In this document: positions 18,015-26,775 of the stretch, piece after piece | Layout of the letters: each line of letters starts with the position of its first letter | Numbering within the stretch: the stretch's first letter is position 1 | Assembly (NCBI GenBank): GCA_964648675.1 | Contig: CAZYLE010000004.1 | Span: 1 to 27,023 of the forward strand | Length of the DNA: 27,023 nt | Direction: 5' to 3' | Source of the DNA: an uncultured Dehalococcoidales bacterium | GTDB taxonomy: Bacteria; Chloroflexota; Dehalococcoidia; E44-bin15 | The notes under the pieces: generated by a model | What the model was told of the DNA's origin: nothing | What the model saw: only the letters and a program-made list of their open reading frames with translations | The model's database searches: none | Translations under genes and position numbers: made by a program

Positions 18015-18384
18015 TTCCCTCTTTTCAAAGTCTATTGCCTTCGAGTATGAATTATTCCCTCTTGCTGTCAAGCTACATCACATCTAGTATTACTTGCTAT
18101 TATATATAGATGTCAATAGCCTTCGCCTGAATGATTTGTATTTCATAAAGCGTGAAGACCCTATAAGCATTGTCAACTGAGCATCCTTTCTTTGACGAAC
18201 AACATCGGTAGGCACTACATTGAAAAGGGAAGGCCAAGATGGAGACACCAGAGGCAAGGAACAGCTATAATAGTAGCGCCCTAGAATAAAGCATATAATC
18301 CTTAAGATACATCTGACCCCTATTTTCGTTATATTACACAGCATAAGCAGGCAAATATCGAGACACTTTTTCGTTTGAGATATT

Positions 18385-18699
18385 ATGAATTCCAGGCTTA
18401 GAGTAGGAATCGATGTCGGCGGTACATTCACCGATTTGGTAGCCTTTGATGAAGAGAGTGGTGAGTCCTTTCTCATTAAATGGCCGTCAACCCCCCGCGA
18501 CCCCAGCGAAGGAGTGATCCACGCATTCAAATATCTTAGGGAAAGAAGCGAACGAGCGATCTCCGTATTCGTTCACGCATCAATTGTTGGAAGCAACATC
18601 TTTTTAGGTCAGTTGGGTTTGAACATTTCCAAGGGAGCCCTGGTCACGACTAGTGGATTCAGAGACTTGTTGCAAATCGGCCGTCAAAGGAGAGCCTAA
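18385..18699 (+). pseudogene. Truncated hydantoinase A / 5-oxoprolinase family N-terminal fragment
   Basis: GIDVGGTFTD, K.PSTP.DPS.GV and L.TTSGFRD.L.IGRQ.R. TAA after 104 aa; family-like VYNPF continues just past the stop, then similarity ends. Confidence 0.85.
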
Positions 18700-18822
18700 G
18701 TATACAATCCTTTTTTGAATAGGGAATCACAGAACATATTTAATAGCGACATCATCTGGAGGAAAACAACTTTACATAATCTAGCGACTGCCAAATCGCC
18801 GAGCTGCTGGGTGTGAAAACAT

Positions 18823-18947
18823 CCTCCCACCCCTTGAGGGAGGGAGGTCCCTCCGCTGATCATCACCCCAGCTCTCTCCTCGCCAGTCTCCGGAGGCGAC
18901 TCGCCTTGGTGAGAGTCGAGTCTTCGACCTTCAAGGGAGAGGGGTGA
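18823..18947. repeat. Nested palindromic elements (CCCTC/GAGGG-type hairpins)
   Basis: CCTCCC...GGGAGG at 18823-18847. TCACCCC (18863) pairs with GGGGTGA (18947) and TCTCC with GGAGA, enclosing smaller hairpins. Confidence 0.55.
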
Positions 18948-18966
18948 AATTCGGTTTGATCCCCTT

Positions 18967-18997
18967 GGTGGGTTTCGCTGTGCTCCACCCACTCTAC
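18967..18997 (-). repeat. GTAG-type REP, 31-nt family
   Basis: The minus strand reads GTAGAGTGGGTGGAGCACAGCGAAACCCACC, matching the 19108 copy in length and flanks. Confidence 0.6.
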
Positions 18998-19030
18998 GCG
19001 TTCCGTGACACCTCAAGGCTGCTCAAAGAG

Positions 19031-19080
19031 GTAGTTGCCCAATTTATTGGGCAGTCGAGCCTGATAAATCAGGCAACTAC
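19031..19080. repeat. GTAG-type REP inverted doublet (REPIN-like)
   Basis: GTAGT-TGCCCAA-TTTA-TTGGGCA, then an inverted GTAGT-TGCCTGA-TTTA-TCAGGC with compensatory stem changes. Confidence 0.75.
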
Positions 19081-19107
19081 ACAAATTGAGGATGGTGTTA
19101 AATATAA

Positions 19108-19202
19108 GTAGGGCGGGTGAAATGAAATGGAACCCACCTTCCCAAAATAGATATGGCAATGGTGGGTTTCGACCTTCAGCTGAAAGGCTGCACCCACTAT
19201 AC
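19108..19202. repeat. GTAG-type REP inverted doublet, GGGTG...AACCCACC family
   Basis: GTAGGGCGGGTGAAATGAAATGGAACCCACC (19108-19138), and an inverted GTATAGTGGGTG...GAAACCCACC (19161-19202) with an internal hairpin. Confidence 0.6.
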
Positions 19203-19330
19203 TACTTTGTTTTTTATTTACCCGATATTCTTTCACTTTTCCTCTTCCTTATCCATAACGCCCATAGATAACTACAAGAGCTATGGTAAGGTAGAACCAA
19301 GAAAGTGCCCGGCCTAGCAGAATTTTCTCA

Positions 19331-20536
19331 CTATCCCTCTCGCTCAATTATAGTTGCGGCGCCTTGCCCTCCCCCAACACACGCATTTGCCAGGCCAAAC
19401 CTCCCATTCTCCCACTCCAATATACGAGCTAGTGTTCCAACCAATCTCGTCCCTGATGCCCCCAAGGGATGTCCAATCGCTACTGCGCCACCTTTAACAT
19501 TGACTTTGTCGGGGTCTATGCCCAGTTCTTTTATGCAATTGATTGTTACGATGGAGAATGCCTCGTTGATTTCCCATAGATCGATGTCCTTCACCTCCAT
19601 ACCCGCATGGCGCAAAGCCATTCTGCTTGCCGGAACTGGCCCCATCCCCATAACTGTTGGATCCACGCCAGCCCACCCCATCGATACGATTTTAGCCAGA
19701 GGCTTGAGGTTATACTCCTTCGCCTTCTTTTTCGACATCATAAGTATTGCCGTCGCACCAGCATTTAGCGGAGAGGAGTTTCCAGCGGTTATCTGTCCAT
19801 CTGGTTTGAATGCCGGCTGCAGATCGGCAAGGGCCTCCATTGACGTATCCCCTCTAATGCTCATGTCGTGATCGATAACCCTTTTTGTGCCATCCGCCTG
19901 GTCTGCTGCGATGGGCAGTATTTCCCCTTTGAAGTATCCCTCTTCAAGCGCTTTTGCCGCCAACTGATGGCTTCTGAGCGACCACTTATCCATATCCTCT
20001 CTGGTGAAGTCCGTTTGTTCGAACAGCTTTTCCGCTGTAAGCCCCATGTTGGCAGCTATCAATAAATCGTACTTCTTATACGTTTCTGACAACAATTTAG
20101 GGTTCGGTTCCACCGGCACCTGGCCTGGCTCACGACCACCACCCAGCGCTGGAATGTGGGTCATATGTTCGATTCCACACGAAATAACGATGTCAGAATA
20201 TCCCAGCATTATCTCCATAGCGCCCTGATGTATGGTGGACATCGAAGATGCACACTGCCGATCGGTCTGTTGCGCTGGAACATTGAACGGCAATCCCGCC
20301 AGAAATGTGATAAGCCTTCCACCATATAGCCACTGCTCGCGCAGGGGCATTGCCGTTCCCGTCAACACATCGTTGATTTCCTCTGGCTTTATCCCCGTTC
20401 TCTTTAGAAGTTCCTTAATCAACATCGCAGCAACTTCATCCATTCTCAAGCTGTTAAACACATCCCTCTCCGGCTCCCTTGGCCTTGACCTTGAAAAGGC
20501 AGACCTCAAATAATCAACAATTACCGCTTCTTCCAT
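19331..20536 (-). CDS. Thiolase (acetyl-CoA C-acyltransferase)
   Basis: RQCASS (catalytic Cys), TAGNSSPLNAGA, EINEAF, GHPLGASG and ACVGGGQG. Start ATG 20536 follows AGGAG. Confidence 0.95.
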   Translation of the reverse strand: MEEAVIVDYLRSAFSRSRPREPERDVFNSLRMDEVAAMLIKELLKRTGIKPEEINDVLTGTAMPLREQWLYGGRLITFLAGLPFNVPAQQTDRQCASSMSTIHQGAMEIMLGYSDIVISCGIEHMTHIPALGGGREPGQVPVEPNPKLLSETYKKYDLLIAANMGLTAEKLFEQTDFTREDMDKWSLRSHQLAAKALEEGYFKGEILPIAADQADGTKRVIDHDMSIRGDTSMEALADLQPAFKPDGQITAGNSSPLNAGATAILMMSKKKAKEYNLKPLAKIVSMGWAGVDPTVMGMGPVPASRMALRHAGMEVKDIDLWEINEAFSIVTINCIKELGIDPDKVNVKGGAVAIGHPLGASGTRLVGTLARILEWENGRFGLANACVGGGQGAATIIEREG

Positions 20537-20583
20537 TCGAATATCTCCTTTCATAATCCTGGCTTTTTAAACCAGCCACCTCA

Positions 20584-20612
20584 AATATAACACAGAATTC
20601 CCACATTGTGGA
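20584..20612 (-). promoter_or_regulatory. Putative thiolase promoter with a palindromic operator over the -35 box
   Basis: Minus strand TCCACA-17 nt-TATATT with TG at the extended -10 position. Palindrome CCACATTGTGG at 20601-20611. Confidence 0.4.
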
Positions 20613-20818
20613 GATTGCCCAGGCAAGCTCTTTTGACTGAGAGGTGATTTTAGGCTAGAATAGAACAGAGCAGGCGGCCCACAGCCACTAAATCCCAGAT
20701 GCGAGTTATGGTCGAGTCACATTTCTTGTCGTCTAAATTTAGATAGTTGGCATATTGAGAGTTACAACCTTCATCTACATATGTATCTTTGACTCTTGAA
20801 AAGGATTATAACGGGGAC

Positions 20819-20846
20819 TTGACATATGCGACATAAGTTATACAAC
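20819..20846 (+). promoter_or_regulatory. Putative sigma70 promoter for ferredoxin-AOR
   Basis: TTGACA-16 nt-TACAAC, about 24 nt before ATG 20870. Confidence 0.4.
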
Positions 20847-20869
20847 ACTTCCTCATCCGTTAATGAGGT

Positions 20870-21130
20870 ATGGATATTACTATAACAAAAGGACGCCCGA
20901 TCATAGTCGATGCAGCAAGATGCACCGGGTGCCTCATCTGTGAGCTGCGCTGCTCGCTGAGGTTCGAGAAGGCCTTCAACCCATCGAAGGCTCAAATAAG
21001 GATCCGCCGCCTTGCTGGCGCCGATAACGAGTACGAGATCTCCTTCAGCGACAGGTGTGACAATTGCGGCATTTGTGTCCGGTACTGCCCTTATGGTGCT
21101 TTGATCCAGGAGAAGAGAGGGGGAGCCTGA
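20870..21130 (+). CDS. 2x[4Fe-4S] ferredoxin-like subunit partnered with the AOR
   Basis: CTGCLICELRC and CDNCGICVRYCPYGA; GAGGT RBS; 1 nt gap to the AOR gene. Confidence 0.88.
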   Translation: MDITITKGRPIIVDAARCTGCLICELRCSLRFEKAFNPSKAQIRIRRLAGADNEYEISFSDRCDNCGICVRYCPYGALIQEKRGGA

Positions 21131-21131
21131 G

Positions 21132-23051
21132 ATGGACCTTACCGGATATGCCGGGCATATCCTTCACGTAGATCTCACCCACGGCCAGGTTAGTAAAGAG
21201 CCCCTCGATCCCGAACTGGCCAGAGAATTCATCGGGGGCTGGGGAATTACCAACAAGCTGGCCTATGACCTTATACCGCCTAACACTGACCCGCTATCTC
21301 CAGAGAACTGCATTATCATCGGCACCGGCCCTTTCTCTGGCACCATAGTCCCTGGCTCTTCAGAGCTGTTCATCACAAGTCGGTTCCCGCTAAACGGCTC
21401 CTATGCTACCGCCTGCGGTGGGGGTAACTTCGCCCTGATGCTCAAGCTATCGGGATATGACTTTGTGGTCATCAGTGGCCGAAGCCCAAAGCCGGTATAC
21501 CTCAAGATCGAGGATGATAGTGTCGAGCTGTGCGATGCCCAAGACCTGTGGGGTATGGATGTCTTCGACACGGTGGACGAACTGAGGCGGCACCATGAAC
21601 CCTGTAGCGTCATACCCATAGGGCCGGCGGGAGAGAACCTGGTGAAGATTTCGGTAACCTCCATCGATAAGGGAGGCACGCTGGGAAGTGGCGGCCTGCC
21701 CGCAGTGATGGGCTCCAAGAAGCTCAAGGCCGTAGTAGCCGTTCAGGGGACAAAGGGCATACGGGTGGCCCACCGACTAAAGCTCCAAAGGCTGGTAGAC
21801 GAGATGCTGGAGCGCATCATGAGTTATCGACTGCGCCCTACCCTGCTTGAAGGCGGCTTCTTCGGCATGACCGCCGCCTGGACGCAACTTAGGGCAAAAA
21901 TATCCGAAAATTGGAGCCAGATATCACTCATCTCCGCGCCCGATGTAAAGGATATACATTACAGGTCGAGGAAGCCTCTCGCTTGCGCCAGCTGTCCTAC
22001 CGCTGACAAGGAGCTCAACAGGCTCGAAGAAGGACCCTACGCCGGTATGGTAACCTACATGACTCACTACGGTGCTATGGGAACCTTCGGCGGCACTGAT
22101 ATGGTGGAGGAATACAGCCGCTCCATCAAGTTCCTGGATGCTGCTAATAGATATGGGATTTGCCTCTTCTCTTTCGGCATTGTTAGGGAACTGATGGCCT
22201 ACCTGTACCAAAAAGGGACTATCACCAAAGAGGATACGGGTGGCATAGAACTTGCTGATGACTTCGATACCACCATGAAGCTGATGAAAATGACGGCTTG
22301 TCGGGAAGGCTTTGGCGCTGTTCTCGCCGAAGGCATCCTGGGAGCCGCCAGCAAGATTGGTCGCCAAGCTGAGGCACTAGCTGTTCACATCAAGGGCTAC
22401 AACGTATTCGGCGACCCCCGGCTGACAGGAATGGGTACAGCCACCGTGGCCCAGATGGTGAACCCGGCACGCTGCGGTGGTTGCGCCAGCATAGCCGGGA
22501 GCCTCGGCTCTGCCTCATATAACATGGGAAGGCCTACCGAGCAGTGGGTGAAGGAGGCCAAAAAAATAGAGATCCCGAAAGACGCAATTGAGAGTATCTT
22601 CACCCCAACCTCTTTCAACGCGGGGCGACTAAACAGATATGCCGAGGACTGGTATTCCCTCTCCAATTGCCTGGGTCGGTGTCACCGGCTCTATATCAAC
22701 AGGTTCTTCGACGCTGGAACCCAGGCTCAGCTCTACACCGCCATCACCGGAGTTGAGGCCACGCCTGCTGAACTCTATGAAGTAGCAGAGAGAGCGTGGA
22801 ACCTGTTTAAGTTGCTCAATGTCAGGGCCGGATTCAGCCGCAAGGATGATAGGGCTCCCGAGGCGTGGTTCAAGCCACTAAAGGGGGAAAACATGGAATT
22901 TCCCTTGATGGATTACTACAAAACCACTGCCCTGACCAAAGACGACATTGATAGAATCCTGGATGACTACTATGATGAAAGAGGCTGGGACCTAAAAAGC
23001 GGTACTCCTACACCTGAGAAGCTGAGAGAGCTAGGCCTGCCTTTAAGCTAA
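21132..23051 (+). CDS. Aldehyde:ferredoxin oxidoreductase family protein, divergent
   Basis: GY.G.IL.VDLT, DPLSPEN, LK..GYD..VI.G.S.KPVYL, IGPAGENLV, AVMGSKKLKA and LD.YY..RGWD...G.PT.EKL.ELGL. Confidence 0.9.
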   Translation: MDLTGYAGHILHVDLTHGQVSKEPLDPELAREFIGGWGITNKLAYDLIPPNTDPLSPENCIIIGTGPFSGTIVPGSSELFITSRFPLNGSYATACGGGNFALMLKLSGYDFVVISGRSPKPVYLKIEDDSVELCDAQDLWGMDVFDTVDELRRHHEPCSVIPIGPAGENLVKISVTSIDKGGTLGSGGLPAVMGSKKLKAVVAVQGTKGIRVAHRLKLQRLVDEMLERIMSYRLRPTLLEGGFFGMTAAWTQLRAKISENWSQISLISAPDVKDIHYRSRKPLACASCPTADKELNRLEEGPYAGMVTYMTHYGAMGTFGGTDMVEEYSRSIKFLDAANRYGICLFSFGIVRELMAYLYQKGTITKEDTGGIELADDFDTTMKLMKMTACREGFGAVLAEGILGAASKIGRQAEALAVHIKGYNVFGDPRLTGMGTATVAQMVNPARCGGCASIAGSLGSASYNMGRPTEQWVKEAKKIEIPKDAIESIFTPTSFNAGRLNRYAEDWYSLSNCLGRCHRLYINRFFDAGTQAQLYTAITGVEATPAELYEVAERAWNLFKLLNVRAGFSRKDDRAPEAWFKPLKGENMEFPLMDYYKTTALTKDDIDRILDDYYDERGWDLKSGTPTPEKLRELGLPLS

Positions 23052-23059
23052 TAGCGCCG

Positions 23060-24961
23060 CTATACCTCCCGCCCCAGGCGCGCCCCGTCATGGATGGCGT
23101 CAAGTATACGCCCCGGCTTGGCGCAGTCGCCAGCAAGGTGTATCTCACCGACCTTACCCGCTAAGGCGTTGGCCAGCTGGTCATTGGGGCTAGCACCGGC
23201 GGCAAGAACTATGGTATCAGCTTCAAGCGTTTGCCGCTTCCCCTGGCTATCGATTAAGACCAGGCCATCGTCATTTATCGCCTCATATTCTTTGACATCG
23301 GTGATTAACGTGACGCCATTCTCCTTCAATCGGGCGAGGAGAGCATGACGGTTACTGGGAAACATCTTAGAAGCCATTTCATGCCCCCTCCGGACCACAG
23401 TCACCTTCTTGCCCTGCTGAGAGAGGAAATCGGCCGTCTCACAGCCTACCAGCTCTCCACCGATAACCACTACCCTTCCGCCAGTATCGACACCGCCCGA
23501 CAGGACGTCTACAGCAGTCATTACTTTGCTTGTATTCATACCTTGGATTTCAGGTATCAGGTGCACTGATCCAGTGGCGAGGATGACTGCGTCCGGCCTC
23601 TCACTCTCTACCAGCTCTATTGTGACCTCGACACCGGTCTTGACATGGACGGTGCTTTTCTCAAGCTGGTGGGCCAGGTATCGTCTCAGCAGTGTCAACT
23701 CGTGTTTATATGGGGGCACCGCCGCCGCTATGAGCTGTCCCCCCAGTTCGTGCTGCCTCTCATATAGGGTGACTTTATGGCCCCGCTGGGCGGCCACACG
23801 TGCCGCCTCCATGCCAGCGGGGCCACCGCCGGCCACCATAACCTTCTTCACCCTGGCAGCAGGTTCTATAGTCAACTCTGCTTCCCTGCCAGCGAAGGCG
23901 TTTACCGAGCACTTTAGGCCGAGACCGGCAAATCCAGTCTCAAAGCAGGCGTTGCAGCTTATGCAAGGTACGATATCTTCAGTTCTCCCTGTGGCTGCCT
24001 TTTGTGGCCAGTAAGGGTCGGCGATGAGCTGGCGACCGACAGCCACCATGTCCGCCTTTCCCTGAACCAGCACCTCCTCCGCAACCTGAGGCGTCCTGAA
24101 GCGGCCGACGGCGATCACCGGCACACTCACCACACGTTTAATAGCCTCGGCCAGGGGGACAAAGGTGCCTTCGGACTGCTCCGGTCCAGGGCTTCCGGTG
24201 AACCCCTGACCAGCCATGCCCCCAAGGGAGATGTGTAGAACATCAGTCCCGGCCTTCTCCAACTCGGTGGCGAACTGGGCGCTTTCGTCCAGTGTAATCC
24301 CTCCAGGTATGTCCTCCCAGGCTCCCAGGCGGTAGAAGATGGGGTAGTCGTCGCCCACCACCACCCGCATGGCGGAAACACACTGTGTTCCGAAACGTGT
24401 CCGTCGGGCAAGGTCTCCACCATATTCGTCGTCGCGCCGGTTGGTGGCCGGGGAGAAGAACTGGCAAGCAAGGTAACCATGAGCCCCATGAACTTCAACA
24501 AAGTCAAAACCTGCCCTCTTCACATTGGTGGCGGCCTGGGCAAACCTGGAGATTATGGTCTCGATCTCCGATATGGTGAGACTACGCTCCTCAGCGGTGT
24601 CTGAGGGTGCCACCGGCTCGCCACGCCTGTCCTGCGGAGTACCAGTTCCGGCGGGAAACATGTTGCCATGCCATAGCTGTACGCCTATCCTTGCCCCGAC
24701 CTGGTGGACGTCAACGATGAGGGGGCGCAATCCATCGACAAATGCGTCCACACTTCCCGGTCGACCCCAGGCATCGTCGGTGGCGAATAGGTCCACCGAG
24801 GTGGCGGCCACGATGATGGTGCCAACGCCTCCCCTGGCCCGCTCCAGGTAATAGGCCCTCGCTCGAGGGCTTCTCATCCCTACCCCCACCTGCATCGGCG
24901 GCATCACCATCCGGTTCTTGAACTCCACCCCTCTTATAGTTATCGGCTCCAAGAGCTTCAT
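23060..24961 (-). CDS. Old Yellow Enzyme TIM barrel + Fe-S + FAD/NAD(P) domain oxidoreductase (2,4-dienoyl-CoA reductase / enoate reductase-like)
   Basis: NRMVMPPM, HGAHGYL.CQF.SP.TNRRDDEYGG, CISCNAC..CSVN, GGGPAGMEAA, GGQL..A..PP and GGELVGCE. Confidence 0.93.
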   Translation of the reverse strand: MKLLEPITIRGVEFKNRMVMPPMQVGVGMRSPRARAYYLERARGGVGTIIVAATSVDLFATDDAWGRPGSVDAFVDGLRPLIVDVHQVGARIGVQLWHGNMFPAGTGTPQDRRGEPVAPSDTAEERSLTISEIETIISRFAQAATNVKRAGFDFVEVHGAHGYLACQFFSPATNRRDDEYGGDLARRTRFGTQCVSAMRVVVGDDYPIFYRLGAWEDIPGGITLDESAQFATELEKAGTDVLHISLGGMAGQGFTGSPGPEQSEGTFVPLAEAIKRVVSVPVIAVGRFRTPQVAEEVLVQGKADMVAVGRQLIADPYWPQKAATGRTEDIVPCISCNACFETGFAGLGLKCSVNAFAGREAELTIEPAARVKKVMVAGGGPAGMEAARVAAQRGHKVTLYERQHELGGQLIAAAVPPYKHELTLLRRYLAHQLEKSTVHVKTGVEVTIELVESERPDAVILATGSVHLIPEIQGMNTSKVMTAVDVLSGGVDTGGRVVVIGGELVGCETADFLSQQGKKVTVVRRGHEMASKMFPSNRHALLARLKENGVTLITDVKEYEAINDDGLVLIDSQGKRQTLEADTIVLAAGASPNDQLANALAGKVGEIHLAGDCAKPGRILDAIHDGARLGREV

Positions 24962-25059
24962 CGTTCTCCTCCTTGCCCATGCCTTATCGCTCCCAGTCTA
25001 TCATAGGCTGTCTCTGGCTTCAAATATGCCAATGCTAGAAAACATTAGATGACGTCGTA

Positions 25060-25188
25060 TTACGCCACGAGTGGCGTACGGGCGATGATCTCATGCTTTG
25101 CCGCGTCAGGAAGGTCATCGAAGTATGCGCAGTAGCCGGACACACATACCACCAGCTCTGGGTATTTGCCTGGATTGCGGCGGGCGTC
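25060..25188 (-). pseudogene. Relic of a glycyl radical enzyme C-terminal Gly-radical domain
   Basis: My translation of the minus strand: DARRNPGKYPELVVCVSGYCAYFDDLPDAAKHEIIARTPLVA*, matching DA...P.KY..L.VRVxGY.A.F..L......EII.RT. An in-frame stop lies a few codons upstream and there is no start codon. Confidence 0.8.
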
Positions 25189-25554
25189 ACTCTTCCCCTT
25201 TACGAATTCTCAATCAGAGATCTCAATTCATTGTGTGAAGATTAGAATGTCAACGGCGGTTTTGCAGGCGTCACCAAAGTTATTCTTGCAGGAAACTAAA
25301 TGACCTTTGCTGGGCACTTTATGACGTATAAGCGCCTCCCATCAATGCTGGCTGAATTTATAACACGGCATAGCCATGTCCCATTTGTGCTGCTTGTTTA
25401 GGAAGCAAGCCGCGTCTTGTTAGCAAGATGGCTGCGGCCGAGATTAGTTATCTCAATCAATGCTCAACTGCCTGTGATATGTTCCTGAACTTCCTGTCAC
25501 GTGTTTTGAAAACTGGGGAAAAGCGGCTCTATTTGGCTCAAGACGTGGCCTTGA

Positions 25555-25824
25555 TCATATGCAGTGTTGATGCCGCTTGGCGCCATCTTCAGTTAGTGGT
25601 TGCCAAGGTGCACCGTCGTGTTGGTATGTTGCCTTAAGCAATTTCACCATGCTGGGCCCTTTCCCTTCAACATAGCAACACTCCTTTTCGAAGTATCGAC
25701 AAACGGTGCAAGTAAGGCTGTATTTATCTACCTCGCTGATGTTGTCAAAGATGTCGCAGGTCTCGGCACTCCGTTCATACCACTCTTCGAGGAACTCCTC
25801 GAGCCCGACCCTATGGGCACGCAT
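25555..25824 (-). CDS. Possible small Cys-rich protein
   Basis: Open frame with CD...CTVC......CC, co-oriented behind the V4R-like gene. The start is uncertain (AGGAG is too close to ATG 25824; the frame stays open to 25953). Confidence 0.35.
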   Translation of the reverse strand: MRAHRVGLEEFLEEWYERSAETCDIFDNISEVDKYSLTCTVCRYFEKECCYVEGKGPSMVKLLKATYQHDGAPWQPLTEDGAKRHQHCI

Positions 25825-25915
25825 GCTCCTGGTACATTCTAGGCCGATGAATCCCGCTGGCCCATGCTCCCCTCTATGACCGCGGCAGAGGAACAACCCG
25901 AAACCTTCTCTTGTT

Positions 25916-26500
25916 CTAAGGTTGGAGTGAAAAACTGAACTCACACATGCCATCCTTGGCTGGCGTCTTGGTCATCTCGACATTTAGCTTGTCGCCGGTC
26001 TTAGCCATGGCCGCTTCAAAGAGGGCCATACACATCGATTTGCAGGGGAGGGCTAGGCCAGCCTCAGCTATCGCCTTGGCGACGCCGCAACTGGAGACTT
26101 GAAACACCAGTTCTTTAGTCGTTGCCTTAGCTATGTTCCAGCGGTCGGTCGGCCTTGACGCGAGAGTAGCCAGCTCGACGTATCGCTCGAACCGATGTGG
26201 AAAGGAGATCCCGGTCTGCTTTGCTACCTTCTCTATCATCTCGCCACCGCGATCGATGTACTTCCCATCGGCCAACTCGATAGTCAACTCCATGACCTTC
26301 CTTCCGAAGTCCCTCAGGGCCTTTTCCGCCTCCCTTTCATCCCTACCCTTAAGGCCTCCAATAAGTGCCTTGACGTCGTACTGCGCCGTCACTTCGTCAA
26401 CCAGGCCTTTATCAGCATCGAAAAGCAGTGGTTTCCCTGGTTCCTCCAGGGTCATAAGCCTGTCCTTAATCGGCCTACCGTATCTGTAATTTAGAGTCAT
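25916..26500 (-). CDS. Hypothetical protein with a C-terminal four-Cys V4R/ATC-hydrolase-like domain
   Basis: SSCG...LPCKSMC...GMCEF spacing; ATGA overlap with the upstream ferredoxin. Confidence 0.7.
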   Translation of the reverse strand: MTLNYRYGRPIKDRLMTLEEPGKPLLFDADKGLVDEVTAQYDVKALIGGLKGRDEREAEKALRDFGRKVMELTIELADGKYIDRGGEMIEKVAKQTGISFPHRFERYVELATLASRPTDRWNIAKATTKELVFQVSSCGVAKAIAEAGLALPCKSMCMALFEAAMAKTGDKLNVEMTKTPAKDGMCEFSFSLQP

Positions 26501-26751
26501 GTCACACCACCTTCGTTAAAGCTCACCTGAATGGCATCGTTGGGGCAAACCTTGACACAGTCCATGCAGCCGCTGCATTTGTTCAGGTACACCGCTCGCA
26601 CAACGAAGTACTGCGGGTCCGTCTCAATGTACTTCTTGACCCCCACACGAGTACCTAAACCGAGCACATGCGTCGGGCACACGACCACGCACTTGCGGCA
26701 GAAGTAAGCCCCACCGCACTTCTCATCGTCAACAGTTATCGTTGGCAGCAT
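26497..26751 (-). CDS. Ferredoxin-like 4Fe-4S dicluster protein
   Basis: CGGAYFCRKCVVVCP and CSGCMDCVKVCP; GAGAGG RBS. Confidence 0.85.
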   Translation of the reverse strand: MLPTITVDDEKCGGAYFCRKCVVVCPTHVLGLGTRVGVKKYIETDPQYFVVRAVYLNKCSGCMDCVKVCPNDAIQVSFNEGGVT

Positions 26752-26775
26752 CTTAGTACACCTCTCTATTAATCA

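Noticed and set aside
18696-19016. 106-aa minus-strand ORF over the palindrome cluster as a possible transposase
   Set aside because: It has no HUH, DDE or RuvC motifs and is explained by GC-rich hairpins.
18823-19202. CRISPR array interpretation of the repeats
   Set aside because: The repeats are non-identical, inverted and irregularly spaced, and there are no cas genes.
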